From the NCBI GenBank assembly GCA_039589315.1, contig JBDHHQ010000004.1, forward strand, positions 1-64,000: a stretch of 64,000 nucleotides of DNA, read 5' to 3'. Of this stretch, positions 1 to 8,906 are shown piece after piece. The number at the start of each line of letters is the position of its first letter. The first letter of the stretch is position 1. Made by a program: the position numbers and the translations under genes. This stretch comes from Gemmatimonadota bacterium. GTDB taxonomy: Bacteria; Gemmatimonadota; Gemmatimonadetes; Longimicrobiales; Gaopeijiaceae. The notes under the pieces were generated by a model. The model was not told the DNA's origin and made no database searches. It was given only the letters and a program-made list of their open reading frames with translations.

Positions 1-663
1 GCAGGCAGCCCACCGAGCCGTGCTCACGGCTCCCACCGAAGCGAAACCGCGGGTCGTTCTCGCCGAGGAACAGCTGAGGCTCCAGGTGGCGGCGCCAGGC
101 GTTCTGTACCAGCTCGACCGGGCTCAGGCCATCGGGCTCGCAACCGACGCGGAGCGGGCGTCGGTGAGCGTGATGCGAGGCGCCGTCTATCTTCAGCAGG
201 GAGACTCCGCTGGAGCGCAAAAGCAGTTCGAGCAGGCCCGGACCATCGACCCCGAGCTGACGGAGCGGCTGGTGTCGAACTACGCCATCACGCGTGCCGT
301 CGACCCGCGCCACCGATTCCAGCCGGGCATGGTCCCGACGGTGCTCCAGGAGCTGAGCGTCTCGGTGCGGTGGAGGCCCGTCCTGCATCGGTGGCTCAGG
401 GTAGCCGAACGCGGATCATCGCCAAGGTGACCGCGAGCGGCGGGGACGCCGTCCCGGACGCCGACGTGCGGATCAGCTTCGGCGGCGGACAGTTCCAGCA
501 GTCCGGCACGACGGAGCTGACGGGAAAGACGGACGAGAATGGGGTGTTTCAGGGCACCTGGTCGTGCGACCCCTGTGCTGCTGCCTACGGGTTCGCGGCC
601 GATGTTACCAAGACCGGCTATCGCAACGCCAGCGCCGAAGGCCGTGTGGCGATCAATCGTTGA
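1..663 (+). pseudogene. 3' part of a TPR + Ig-like domain protein, interrupted by an apparent -1 frameshift near 365-372 (5' end outside window)
   Basis: ORF 20-430 has a TPR-like helix pair (RGAVYLQQGDSAGAQKQFEQARTIDP). ORF 370-663 reads like a beta-sandwich (RIIAKVTASGGDAVPDADVRISFGGG...GKTDENGVFQGTW). Adding one G at gtgcgg|tggagg gives a continuous ...LSVSVRVEARPASV.... Confidence 0.55.
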
Positions 664-693
664 GGTCCACCCGGACCCGGGTTCACGGCGACC

Positions 694-2020
694 GTGAGCA
701 ACGACGAGCCGAAGGCGCCCACGCAGGACGGCGAGACCAGACAGGCTGATCCGCCTCCGCCCCCACGGGAGCCGACCCCGCTCCAGAAGCGGCTCGATCA
801 GTACCGCGACAGGCTCGTCGACATGCTGGTGTTCGCGGTGCCCTCCGCGTTGTTGCCGGCCGCCGTGGCCTACCTCGTCAATCCCATGAGGGCGTACCGA
901 CATGTCTCTGAGGGGTGGCTTCCTCCTGTTCCTGATCCTGTATCTGGCGGCCTTTGGCGTGGCCGCCACTGCCGATCTGGGCGTGTGGAGCCGCCAGCCC
1001 ACCCAGTCGGTCGAAGCCGTGGATCGGCGCTTCACACCGAGCTGGGCTGGAGACTGGCGCTACAAGATGGTCCCCAAGCGCGCGGAGAGCGGTCTCCTGG
1101 TTGTCACGATGCCCCCCCAACCCGACAGCACGACGGCCAGGGTGAACATGGGGCAGCTGATCGAGCTCGCTCGAACGCGAGGGGCGCTGGGCATCGCCTT
1201 CGACGCCTATTTCGGCGGATCCGCGCCCACCGACGGGTTCCTTTGTGAGGCGGTGGCCCTCGCGTCGGAGGCCGAGCTCCCCGTCTTCGCCGGCTACGGG
1301 TTCGAAGGAAGGGGGAAGGAGAAGTCGGCCCTAGGCTATCCGGCGGCCCTCGAGGCGTGCCTGCCCCGGGACGAGGCCCAAGGACACCTCATCGGTCTCG
1401 TGGACGGGGACGGCAAGGTCCGCACGATTCCGCTCTTCTTCCTGAGGCCCGGTGAGCGGCCGAGCCTGAGCCTCCGGGTGGCGACGGGCATGGGGATGCA
1501 AGCGGATTCGGCAGAGCTACGTCGGATCGGCCTGTTGCGGTACCTTCCCCCGTCCGACGGTGTCCCGATCCGCACTCTTCAGCAGATCAACGAAGGGGAC
1601 GACGACCTGCTCGAGGACCGATTCGTCCTGGTGGGCGACGACTCCCAGGCGGAGACCTTCCGCACGCCGTTCGGACCGAGACTGGGCGTGATCATCCACG
1701 CCTGGGCGGTGCACTCCCTCAGGACGGGCCACTTTCTGCGGCCCACTGCCTGGTGGTCCGGCTTCCTGCTCCTCCTCGTGAGCTGCTACTACCTCACCGT
1801 CCAGGCCCGCAACCGCGTGCCCACGAAGCGGCTGTTGGCTCAAACGGCCTGGATCTCGGTGGGAGTCATCGCTCTTTCGGTCGTGGCCCTCTTCTTCTCG
1901 TATTGGGTCGACGTGATCTACCTGGTCGTGGGCACTTGGCTCCTCACACTCCTGCTCATCGGCTTACGTTCGTCGCTGAGGGAGACGCGCGGAGACGCTG
2001 CCACCACCGGGGAAGCGTGA
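694..2020 (+). CDS. CHASE2-domain membrane sensor protein, probably frameshifted near 890 (intact part 902-2020)
   Basis: CHASE2 motifs GALGIAFDAYF, DGDGKVRTIPL, PSLSLRVA, DRFVLVG, FRTPFG...GVIIHAWAV, then three hydrophobic helices. The N-terminal portion 694-889 is in another frame; removing one G from atgagggcgt joins the two. Confidence 0.7.
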
Positions 2021-2084
2021 CCAGGCCGAGCGGCCGGGGACGCGTGACGAGGCTGAGCGGTGGGGGACGCTTTCCGAGGCCGAG
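2015..2084. repeat. Imperfect 27-bp tandem repeat (2 copies plus a degenerate partial) overlapping the CHASE2 stop codon
   Basis: gcgtgaccaggccgagcggccggggac / gcgtgacgaggctgagcggtgggggac (23/27 identical), then gctttccgaggccgag. Confidence 0.6.
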
Positions 2085-2267
2085 AGACCGTAGCGTAGGA
2101 GCGGCCTTGGTTGAGGGGGTGCCAATGGCGAGCAGCGACCGCCAGGCTCGTCGACCCGCCGGGCGGCCTGCGTGGCCCGATCACTGGTCGGCCTCTCGCA
2201 CCCTCCCACATTCCCCCCTGCAGCCCTACCTTCTGTCCCAACCACACACTCCAGACGCGCGCATACC

Positions 2268-2636
2268 ATGGATCTGAAGATCACCGGCACCGTATCCCAA
2301 CTGCTCCCGGAACAGTCAGGGGAAGGACGCAACGGCCCCTGGCGGAAGCAGGAGTTCATCCTCGAAACCCAGGGCAACTACCCGAAGCAGATCTGCCTCG
2401 TGATGTGGGGCGACAACATCGACAAGTTCGGTGTCCAGGACGGCGAGCGGCTCACCGCGCACATCGACATCGCCAGCCGAGAATTCAACGGGCGCTGGTA
2501 CACCGACGTGAAAGCGTGGAAGGTCGAGCGCGAGCAGTCGGGCACGGGCGCGGGGACGCCGCCGCCCATGGCTCCGGACGAGCCGTTCCCAGAGCCGCCG
2601 AGCGGAGGTGTCGAGGACGACGGGCTGCCGTTCTGA
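2268..2636 (+). CDS. DUF3127 family protein (putative OB-fold ssDNA-binding protein)
   Basis: MDLKITGTV...SGEGRNGPWRKQEFILET...YPKQICL...SREFNGRWYTDVKAWK is characteristic of DUF3127. It has a Pro-rich linker and an SSB-like acidic tip DDGLPF. Confidence 0.88.
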   Translation: MDLKITGTVSQLLPEQSGEGRNGPWRKQEFILETQGNYPKQICLVMWGDNIDKFGVQDGERLTAHIDIASREFNGRWYTDVKAWKVEREQSGTGAGTPPPMAPDEPFPEPPSGGVEDDGLPF

Positions 2637-2801
2637 GGTCGCCAAGCGCCGCTTCCCGCCCGATCCGGTTCGTCAGCACGACGTGCCGCGGCGCGGGATC
2701 TAGTGGATTGCCCAGCACTTCGAGAGGGCGGCGGCGAAGCCCTCATGGCTGGGGTCATGCCGGCCAAGAGCCTCCCCGCCGCTACGACGCCCGGCCAGAG
2801 G

Positions 2802-3629
2802 TCAGTGCGTGAGCCCGTAGACCACGTAGTTCACGCCGAGCCGGTACGCATCGTTCGTGGGGTCCACCGGGAAGTATCCCTGCGGGGCCCACTCCCAGTA
2901 CTCGGCTAGATCCGAATTGTGGTTGGCCAGCACCATGATGCGCTGGGTCGGGTCGTTGTCTTCGAAGATGGCGTAGTATGCAGGCGTCACTGCGACGAAC
3001 GGATGCGGGACGTAGATGTCCTCGACGTAGAAGAAGCTGTTGAAGACGGGGTGTGTGGCGCCGATCTCCACCCACTGGTACCCAGGGAGAGCTCGGGCCA
3101 CCTGAGCAGCCATGTTGTCCCACTGACGCCCTTCGAAGTCATCGAAGATGAGGAAGCCGCCCTTGCGTAGGTAGTCTCCGAGATTCTCAGCCCCTTGTTC
3201 GCTGATGGCCCAGAACCCCGGCTCCGAGATGTAGAGGATGGGATAGCGGAAGATCTCCGGATCCTCCAGATCGAAGACGTTGCTCCCGTCGGTGTTGGAC
3301 TGCACGGCGGTGAACTCCGACAGGATCGTCTGGAGGTTGCGGTCGGCGCTCGGATAGTCGTGCGCCCAGGCGGTACGGCCCCAGCCCCGCCCTCCCATGT
3401 GCCCGCCGTACCGTATCCGGGTGAACGTGAACCGGCCGTTGTAGGGCACCTGCGCCAGGGACTCCTGGGCGGTGCGGTCGGGACCTGAAGGGCCAACAAC
3501 GGGGCGGCCGGAAGGTGGGCGCTGGGCAACGGTGCCAGCCAGCACGGCGCCCGCTGCCGCAGAGCACGTCGCAAATGCCAGCGCCCGCGCCAGTGCGCGA
3601 CGACGATTCTCCCCGCGGTATCGACGCAT
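2802..3629 (-). CDS. DUF4159 domain exported protein
   Basis: FTFTRIRY, WAHDYPSADRNL, YPILYISEPG, YLRKGGFLIFDDF and C-terminal AYRLGVNYVVYGLTH. N-terminus is signal-like. Confidence 0.85.
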   Translation of the reverse strand: MRRYRGENRRRALARALAFATCSAAAGAVLAGTVAQRPPSGRPVVGPSGPDRTAQESLAQVPYNGRFTFTRIRYGGHMGGRGWGRTAWAHDYPSADRNLQTILSEFTAVQSNTDGSNVFDLEDPEIFRYPILYISEPGFWAISEQGAENLGDYLRKGGFLIFDDFEGRQWDNMAAQVARALPGYQWVEIGATHPVFNSFFYVEDIYVPHPFVAVTPAYYAIFEDNDPTQRIMVLANHNSDLAEYWEWAPQGYFPVDPTNDAYRLGVNYVVYGLTH

Positions 3630-3984
3630 CCAATGCCGGGCTCAGCGATATCGGGTAGTGAGCCTCTCCCCAACCCAAGGGTGCGTCACGAACCCACGAT
3701 GCGAAAGGGTGGTCCACGGCTGATCACGTCGACTGGTGCCTGGGGCGCGGCTTGATCCGCAGTGGCCATGCGATAACAGCCCGCCCCGCGGCCCCGCGGA
3801 GAACGCGGTCATGATCAAGGTCTCTTGGCTATCCGGGGCGTCAATCATTGCTAGTGTGGTGCTGCTGGCCGTGATGGCAATGACGGAATCGTCCAAGGAC
3901 TGACGAGTCGGGGACCTGCAGTCTGAGGCCGTCTGACGTCCGCATGACGGAGGCCCCGGACGCTGAGACTCGTTGCGGCTTTCT

Positions 3985-4833
3985 TCAATCAGGTTTCGGC
4001 GTGATACGCACCACGCCCTCGGCCACGCCGGGGAAGCGCCGGAACACCTCCGCGTCGTGGCCGGGGATCACTCGTTCCGGGTTTCCAGCGAGCTCTAGCA
4101 TGCGCCGGACTGCCGACAAGTTGGCCTCTCTGTCTTCTGGCGTAAACGTCGCACCTGCCAACCCCTCGGTCAGGTTCCTGAAGAGATAGGCGTTGTCAGA
4201 GGCCAGGACGAACCGAGGGTTGCCCGCGACCATGACGTACTGAGACGCGAAGGTGTGCCGCGCCCCCGTGAACACAGTGATTCCAGGCAGGATCTCGACA
4301 CTGTCTCCGTCGATCAGGCGCATGAGCCCGGCCATGTTGCGCTCTACGAGATGAGCGACGTCGGCGGGATCGATCCCGCCGTGGTTGCCCCCGGGTTGCC
4401 ACGCGGCACCGGTGTAGTACGTGTACTCCTCCGCTTGAATCCATACGACTGCGTTCGGGAACAGCTCGACCCCACCCATATGGTCCCAATGGGCGTGGCT
4501 GACCACGATGTCGGTGACGTCGTCAGGGCCGAGGTCTACCCGGGACAACGCCTGGTCCGGGCGGACGTACTCTCGAACCTCGAACCGGTCGAACCACTCC
4601 TCGCGGAAGAAGCCGGCGTCGAAGAGGATGACCCGGTCGTCGTTGCGGATCACCCAGAAGGCCATCGCGATGTCGATGGTGTCCTCGGCAGACGCGTCGG
4701 GCAGCAGGCCCCGTAGCGGGAATCCGGCGACGCCTCCGTATTGGACCGCGAGGATCTCGTACTCCTGAGCAGCACCGTTCGCGGTAGCGGTGAACAGCAC
4801 CGCCAGTAGTGGGAGGAACCACCGCACGGTCAT
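3985..4833 (-). CDS. Secreted metallo-beta-lactamase-fold hydrolase, N-acyl homoserine lactonase-like family
   Basis: HxHxDH motif SHAHWDHMGG, LFDAGF, LASDN, VIPGHD. Signal peptide MTVRWFLPLLAVLFTATANGAA. Purine-rich RBS-like sequence before ATG 4833. Confidence 0.85.
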   Translation of the reverse strand: MTVRWFLPLLAVLFTATANGAAQEYEILAVQYGGVAGFPLRGLLPDASAEDTIDIAMAFWVIRNDDRVILFDAGFFREEWFDRFEVREYVRPDQALSRVDLGPDDVTDIVVSHAHWDHMGGVELFPNAVVWIQAEEYTYYTGAAWQPGGNHGGIDPADVAHLVERNMAGLMRLIDGDSVEILPGITVFTGARHTFASQYVMVAGNPRFVLASDNAYLFRNLTEGLAGATFTPEDREANLSAVRRMLELAGNPERVIPGHDAEVFRRFPGVAEGVVRITPKPD

Positions 4834-5472
4834 GTCGCCCCTCTTCTCAGCGCTGCTCGATCCACGGGTTCTCCACATACCACACGGCGTCGCTCCGGTA
4901 CGGCCCGCTGAGGCCCCGAAGGACGCTCCCCCATGTCAGACGCCGGCCTTCGAGGAACGAGTCGAGTCGTACGCGCCCGGCGTCGGTCATGGTGGCCGAT
5001 GCGCATGGCACCATGGAATCTGTGAACGGGGGGATTGAACGGGCTTTGCGACGCCCGGAGGCACGGTAGGCCGGGACCCGGCTGCGGACAAGGAGCGAGC
5101 CAAGGCTCCCGAGCCTATCCCTGAGTCGGTGTTCCACCAATCCCTGCCATACCGAGCCGTGGACCAACGCGTCCGGCGCGGGTACACCGGGCTGAGCCAG
5201 CTCGGTCTTTCGCGCCCAGCCCACGATCCCACCCTACCTCCTTGCATCGGCCCACCCGGACCGCCCACCTTGGCCCTGGAATCCGTCACGGGTCCGAGCG
5301 CGCTGGGGGCGCCGCCGCCCGCCCACCCAGGGTCCCGCTCTCGCAGAGGCCCTTTGATCCGGTGACCCGCTACATCGCCTGCCGGCTGATCCCGCTGCTC
5401 TTTGGAGTCTGGCGGTTGGGTGGATCCCACCATCATCACGTCCAGTGGCGCTTCCGAGGTGTCGGTCCGCCC

Positions 5473-8253
5473 ATGATCCGCGGGCATGAGACGATCCGCG
5501 GGCGCGAGGCGATACGGCGGGCACCGGCGACAGGGGTGTGGGTCGTGGTTCTCATGACGCTCGCCACCCCCGTCTTCGCCCAAACCCAACGCCCGGAGGG
5601 TGGGTCCGATTCCGAAGACGCGACCCCGGTTGCGGCAGCGACACAGCGTACGGGTGAGATCGACGTCGACGGGCGACTGGACGACGCCGCATGGGCGCTG
5701 GCCCCCGTGGCCACAGGGTTCGTGCAACGCGAGCCCATCGAAGGGGAGCCCGCCCAGGAGGCCACGGAGGTTCGCATCGTCTTCGATGGATCCGCAGTGT
5801 TCGTGGGCGCCCGTATGTACGACCGCAATCCGAACGGCATCGCTAGCCAGCTCGTTCGGCGGGACGGCCAGGGGCAGTTCGACTACTTCGAGGTTCTCTT
5901 CGACCCCAACCGGGATCGTCGCACGGCATACCGGTTCCGCGTAAGCGCCGCCAACGTGCAGCGAGACGTGTACCTGTTCGACGACGGCGAAGACGACGAG
6001 GCGTGGGACGCCGTGTGGACGTCGGCCGTCCACACGGATTCGCTGGGGTGGTCGGCAGAGATGCGAATCCCTCTCTCTCAGATGCGCTACGAGGCGTCCT
6101 CCGACACGCAAACGTGGGGCGTCAACTTCACGAGGCGGCGGCTTCAATCCAACGAAACGACGGACTTCTCGCTGATCTCGCGAACCCAGCGGGGCGTCGT
6201 GAGTCAGTCCGCCGCGCTCGAGGGAATGGTGATTCCCCGCGCTTCCCGCCTCTTCGAGCTCAGGCCCTACGCGCTGGCCAGCGCGTTCGTGGCCCCCTCG
6301 GAACCGGGAGATCCGTTCTTCGACGGGTGGGACATGGACTCGAGGGCGGGTCTCGATCTCCGCTACGGCCTGGGAGCCCAGTTCACCCTGAATGCGACGG
6401 TCAACCCCGACTTCGGGCAGGTGGAGTCCGATCCCGCGGTGATCAACCTCACCGCGTTCGAGACCCGCTTCGACGAGCGCCGACCCTTCTTCGTCGAACA
6501 AGCGCAGGTGTTCGACTTCTCGCTTTCCGCCGGCCAGGACCTCTACTACAGCCGGCGCATCGGCAGGCGGCCGCAGGGACGCGCCCCTTCCGGAGCGACC
6601 TACGTCGATGTGCCACAAGCCGCGACCATCCTCGGAGCGGCCAAGCTAACGGGGCGCACGACCAGTGGACTGTCTCTCGGTGCCCTGGCCGCGCTCACCC
6701 GTGAGGAGCGTGGGCGAGCGGTGACGTCCGACGTCGACGAGCCCCAGCCATTCATCATGGAGCCCGAGACCTACCACGGCGTCGTCCGGGCGCAGCAGGA
6801 CTTCAACGAGGGGATGTCGACCATCGGAGGGATCGCGACGGGACTCGTGCGCTCTCTTCCTTCGGATGGGTCGTTCGACGAACTGACCAGGACAGCGCTT
6901 TCCGGCGGGGTGGACTTCGAGCATCAGTGGGGCGACCGCACCTGGGCCATCTATGGATATGCCTCGGCCGCCCACGTGCGAGGGGATTCCACAGCGATGA
7001 TCCGAATCCAGAGCTCCGCCAATCACCGGCGGCAGCGGCCCGACGCCCGCTGGGTCGATTTCGACTCCACTGCCACTTCCCTGACGGCCATGGACTGGCG
7101 GTTCACGCTCGCCAAGCAAGAGGGGCGGCACTGGACCGGTGCGGTTTGGCTCGCCCAGACCCTACCCGGCTTCGAGATCAACGACTTCGGATTCTCGCGC
7201 CGACAGGAGGCGCTCGACGGAGGTGCGCGCATCCGGTACCAGGAGATCCAACCTGGCTCGCTGTTTCGCAGCTATCATGCGTCGTTCTCCACGTTCCACA
7301 ACGCAAGTCACGATGCGTTGGCCGATGTCTGGTCCCTCCGCTCCTGGCAGCGCGCACACGTTTCCGGGTCGCTCAATCTCGATGCGCGATTAGAGCTCTT
7401 GAACTACTGGGAGATCGAGGCGGAGGCATCCGTGCGCCCCTGGCTGCGCGACCGGACGTCGACCCGGGGCGGGCCCCTAATGTTGAGCCCGCTGTCGAAC
7501 GAGATGAGCCTTCAGCTGCAAACCGATCGGCGAACCTGGATCAACTTCGGTCCGGAGGTCCAGTATGCCTGGAAACAGGCCGACGGCGGTCGTTCGGTCC
7601 AGATCGGGCTCGAGACCGAGCTCCGGCCGTCTTCGAACATCGAGATCGAGATCGAGCCGCAATTCACGTGGAGCCGTAACGCCGCGCAGTACGTGCGGAC
7701 GACCGACGTCGTACCCTACGAGCCCACATACGGATCTCGCTACCTGTTCGGCGAGATCGAGCAGCGCGAGCTGTCCATGGAGCTCCGGCTGGACTACATC
7801 TTCAGCCCCACCCTGAGCCTCCAGCTCTTCGCGCAGCCGCTGATCGCCTCGGGCGACTACCGATCGTACCGCCAGCTGGTCGCCCCCGAGACGTTCGACT
7901 TCGACGTGTTCGAGGAAGGCACTCACGCGCAGGCTGACGGCGTGAACATATGCATCGACGGGAGAACGTGCGTGGACCCGGAGGGCACCCGGTACGTCGA
8001 TTTCGAAGGCAACGGTCAGGTCGACTACAGCTTCACGGATCAGGACTTCAATGTCCGATCTCTGGTGGGTAATCTGGTGTTCCGCTGGGAGTACCGGCCC
8101 GGCTCCACCCTCTTCCTGGTCTGGCAGCGCCGGCACTTCAACGAGATCCCGGACGGGCAATTCACATTCGGCAGAGACCTCTCGGCGTTGCTGAGCGCCC
8201 CCGCTGAGAACGCCTTCATGGTCAAGGTCAGCTACTGGCTGGCGATTCGATAG
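5473..8253 (+). CDS. CBM9-like + DUF5916 domain exported/outer-membrane protein
   Basis: IDVDGRLDDAAW, GWSAEMRIPLSQMRY, TVNPDFGQVESD, FDERRPFF, YYSRRIG and C-terminal FRWEYRPGSTLFLVW...KVSYW. Start chosen at ATG 5473 after gaggtg; start is uncertain. Confidence 0.88.
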   Translation: MIRGHETIRGREAIRRAPATGVWVVVLMTLATPVFAQTQRPEGGSDSEDATPVAAATQRTGEIDVDGRLDDAAWALAPVATGFVQREPIEGEPAQEATEVRIVFDGSAVFVGARMYDRNPNGIASQLVRRDGQGQFDYFEVLFDPNRDRRTAYRFRVSAANVQRDVYLFDDGEDDEAWDAVWTSAVHTDSLGWSAEMRIPLSQMRYEASSDTQTWGVNFTRRRLQSNETTDFSLISRTQRGVVSQSAALEGMVIPRASRLFELRPYALASAFVAPSEPGDPFFDGWDMDSRAGLDLRYGLGAQFTLNATVNPDFGQVESDPAVINLTAFETRFDERRPFFVEQAQVFDFSLSAGQDLYYSRRIGRRPQGRAPSGATYVDVPQAATILGAAKLTGRTTSGLSLGALAALTREERGRAVTSDVDEPQPFIMEPETYHGVVRAQQDFNEGMSTIGGIATGLVRSLPSDGSFDELTRTALSGGVDFEHQWGDRTWAIYGYASAAHVRGDSTAMIRIQSSANHRRQRPDARWVDFDSTATSLTAMDWRFTLAKQEGRHWTGAVWLAQTLPGFEINDFGFSRRQEALDGGARIRYQEIQPGSLFRSYHASFSTFHNASHDALADVWSLRSWQRAHVSGSLNLDARLELLNYWEIEAEASVRPWLRDRTSTRGGPLMLSPLSNEMSLQLQTDRRTWINFGPEVQYAWKQADGGRSVQIGLETELRPSSNIEIEIEPQFTWSRNAAQYVRTTDVVPYEPTYGSRYLFGEIEQRELSMELRLDYIFSPTLSLQLFAQPLIASGDYRSYRQLVAPETFDFDVFEEGTHAQADGVNICIDGRTCVDPEGTRYVDFEGNGQVDYSFTDQDFNVRSLVGNLVFRWEYRPGSTLFLVWQRRHFNEIPDGQFTFGRDLSALLSAPAENAFMVKVSYWLAIR

Positions 8254-8283
8254 CGGCAGTTCTGGCAATCTCCGAATGAGGGT

Positions 8284-8303
8284 CTGTGGGGCAAGCCCCA
8301 CGG
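8284..8303 (+). terminator. GC-rich hairpin downstream of the DUF5916 gene
   Basis: ctgtggggc-aa-gccccacgg inverted repeat about 30 nt after the stop. No U-tract. Confidence 0.35.
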
Positions 8304-8437
8304 CATGGTGCACGTACGGTCGAAGAGCGCCCTGACGCACATCGTTGCGGTACGGGAACAGCAATGCATGGGATCAATTAGGTCGTTGTGGTGTAATGCT
8401 TTAAGCACGAATGATTCCGTGCTGAGAGGAGGGCGTG

Positions 8438-8668
8438 ATGGAGAAGAAGACGGTGGGACGGATGGCTGTGCTCCTCGCCTACGTGAAGGCCCCCAAGGTG
8501 ACCTATCTCGTGCGCCACCCACTGCGGGGGGCGAGGAACCTCCTGGCCATTCGTGGGGCCAAGTCCTTGCTGAAGTCCCGGGGAGTAGTCGTCACCGCCG
8601 CGGTGGCCACGACCGCGGTCGCGGTGCCGCTGGCCGTATTGGCACTAAGGGAATCGCCCGAGGCTTGA
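8438..8668 (+). CDS. Small basic hypothetical protein with C-terminal hydrophobic helix
   Basis: Strong RBS gagaggagg before GTG/ATG. 76 aa, Lys/Arg-rich, ending VVVTAAVATTAVAVPLAVLAL. Confidence 0.65.
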   Translation: MEKKTVGRMAVLLAYVKAPKVTYLVRHPLRGARNLLAIRGAKSLLKSRGVVVTAAVATTAVAVPLAVLALRESPEA

Positions 8669-8906
8669 CGAGTCGCGGGGCGGTTCGGACCTGACCGTGG
8701 CTGAGGTCCCCACAATAGGCCTCGCAACGAGGCTCTGGTGCTCCTAGATTCGATGCGCGATCCTACGATCCCCCTTGCGGGTCAGGAGCCAACCCGGAAT
8801 CTCCTGAGCTCGGGCACTCAGGCTCGTTCGCTCCGAACCCTGAGACGCGCCTAGAATCGTCACGCGCTCTCCCTGATCTCTCCTCTGCAGACTCTCCGAG
8901 GTCGAT

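Noticed and set aside
3642..3980. ORF 3642-3896 and weak inverted repeats
   Set aside because: No coding signal and no RNA family I can recognise.
4847..5470. ORFs in the gap between the lactonase and DUF5916 genes (e.g. 4847-5224 minus)
   Set aside because: No recognisable motif or RBS; I cannot support a gene or structured RNA here.
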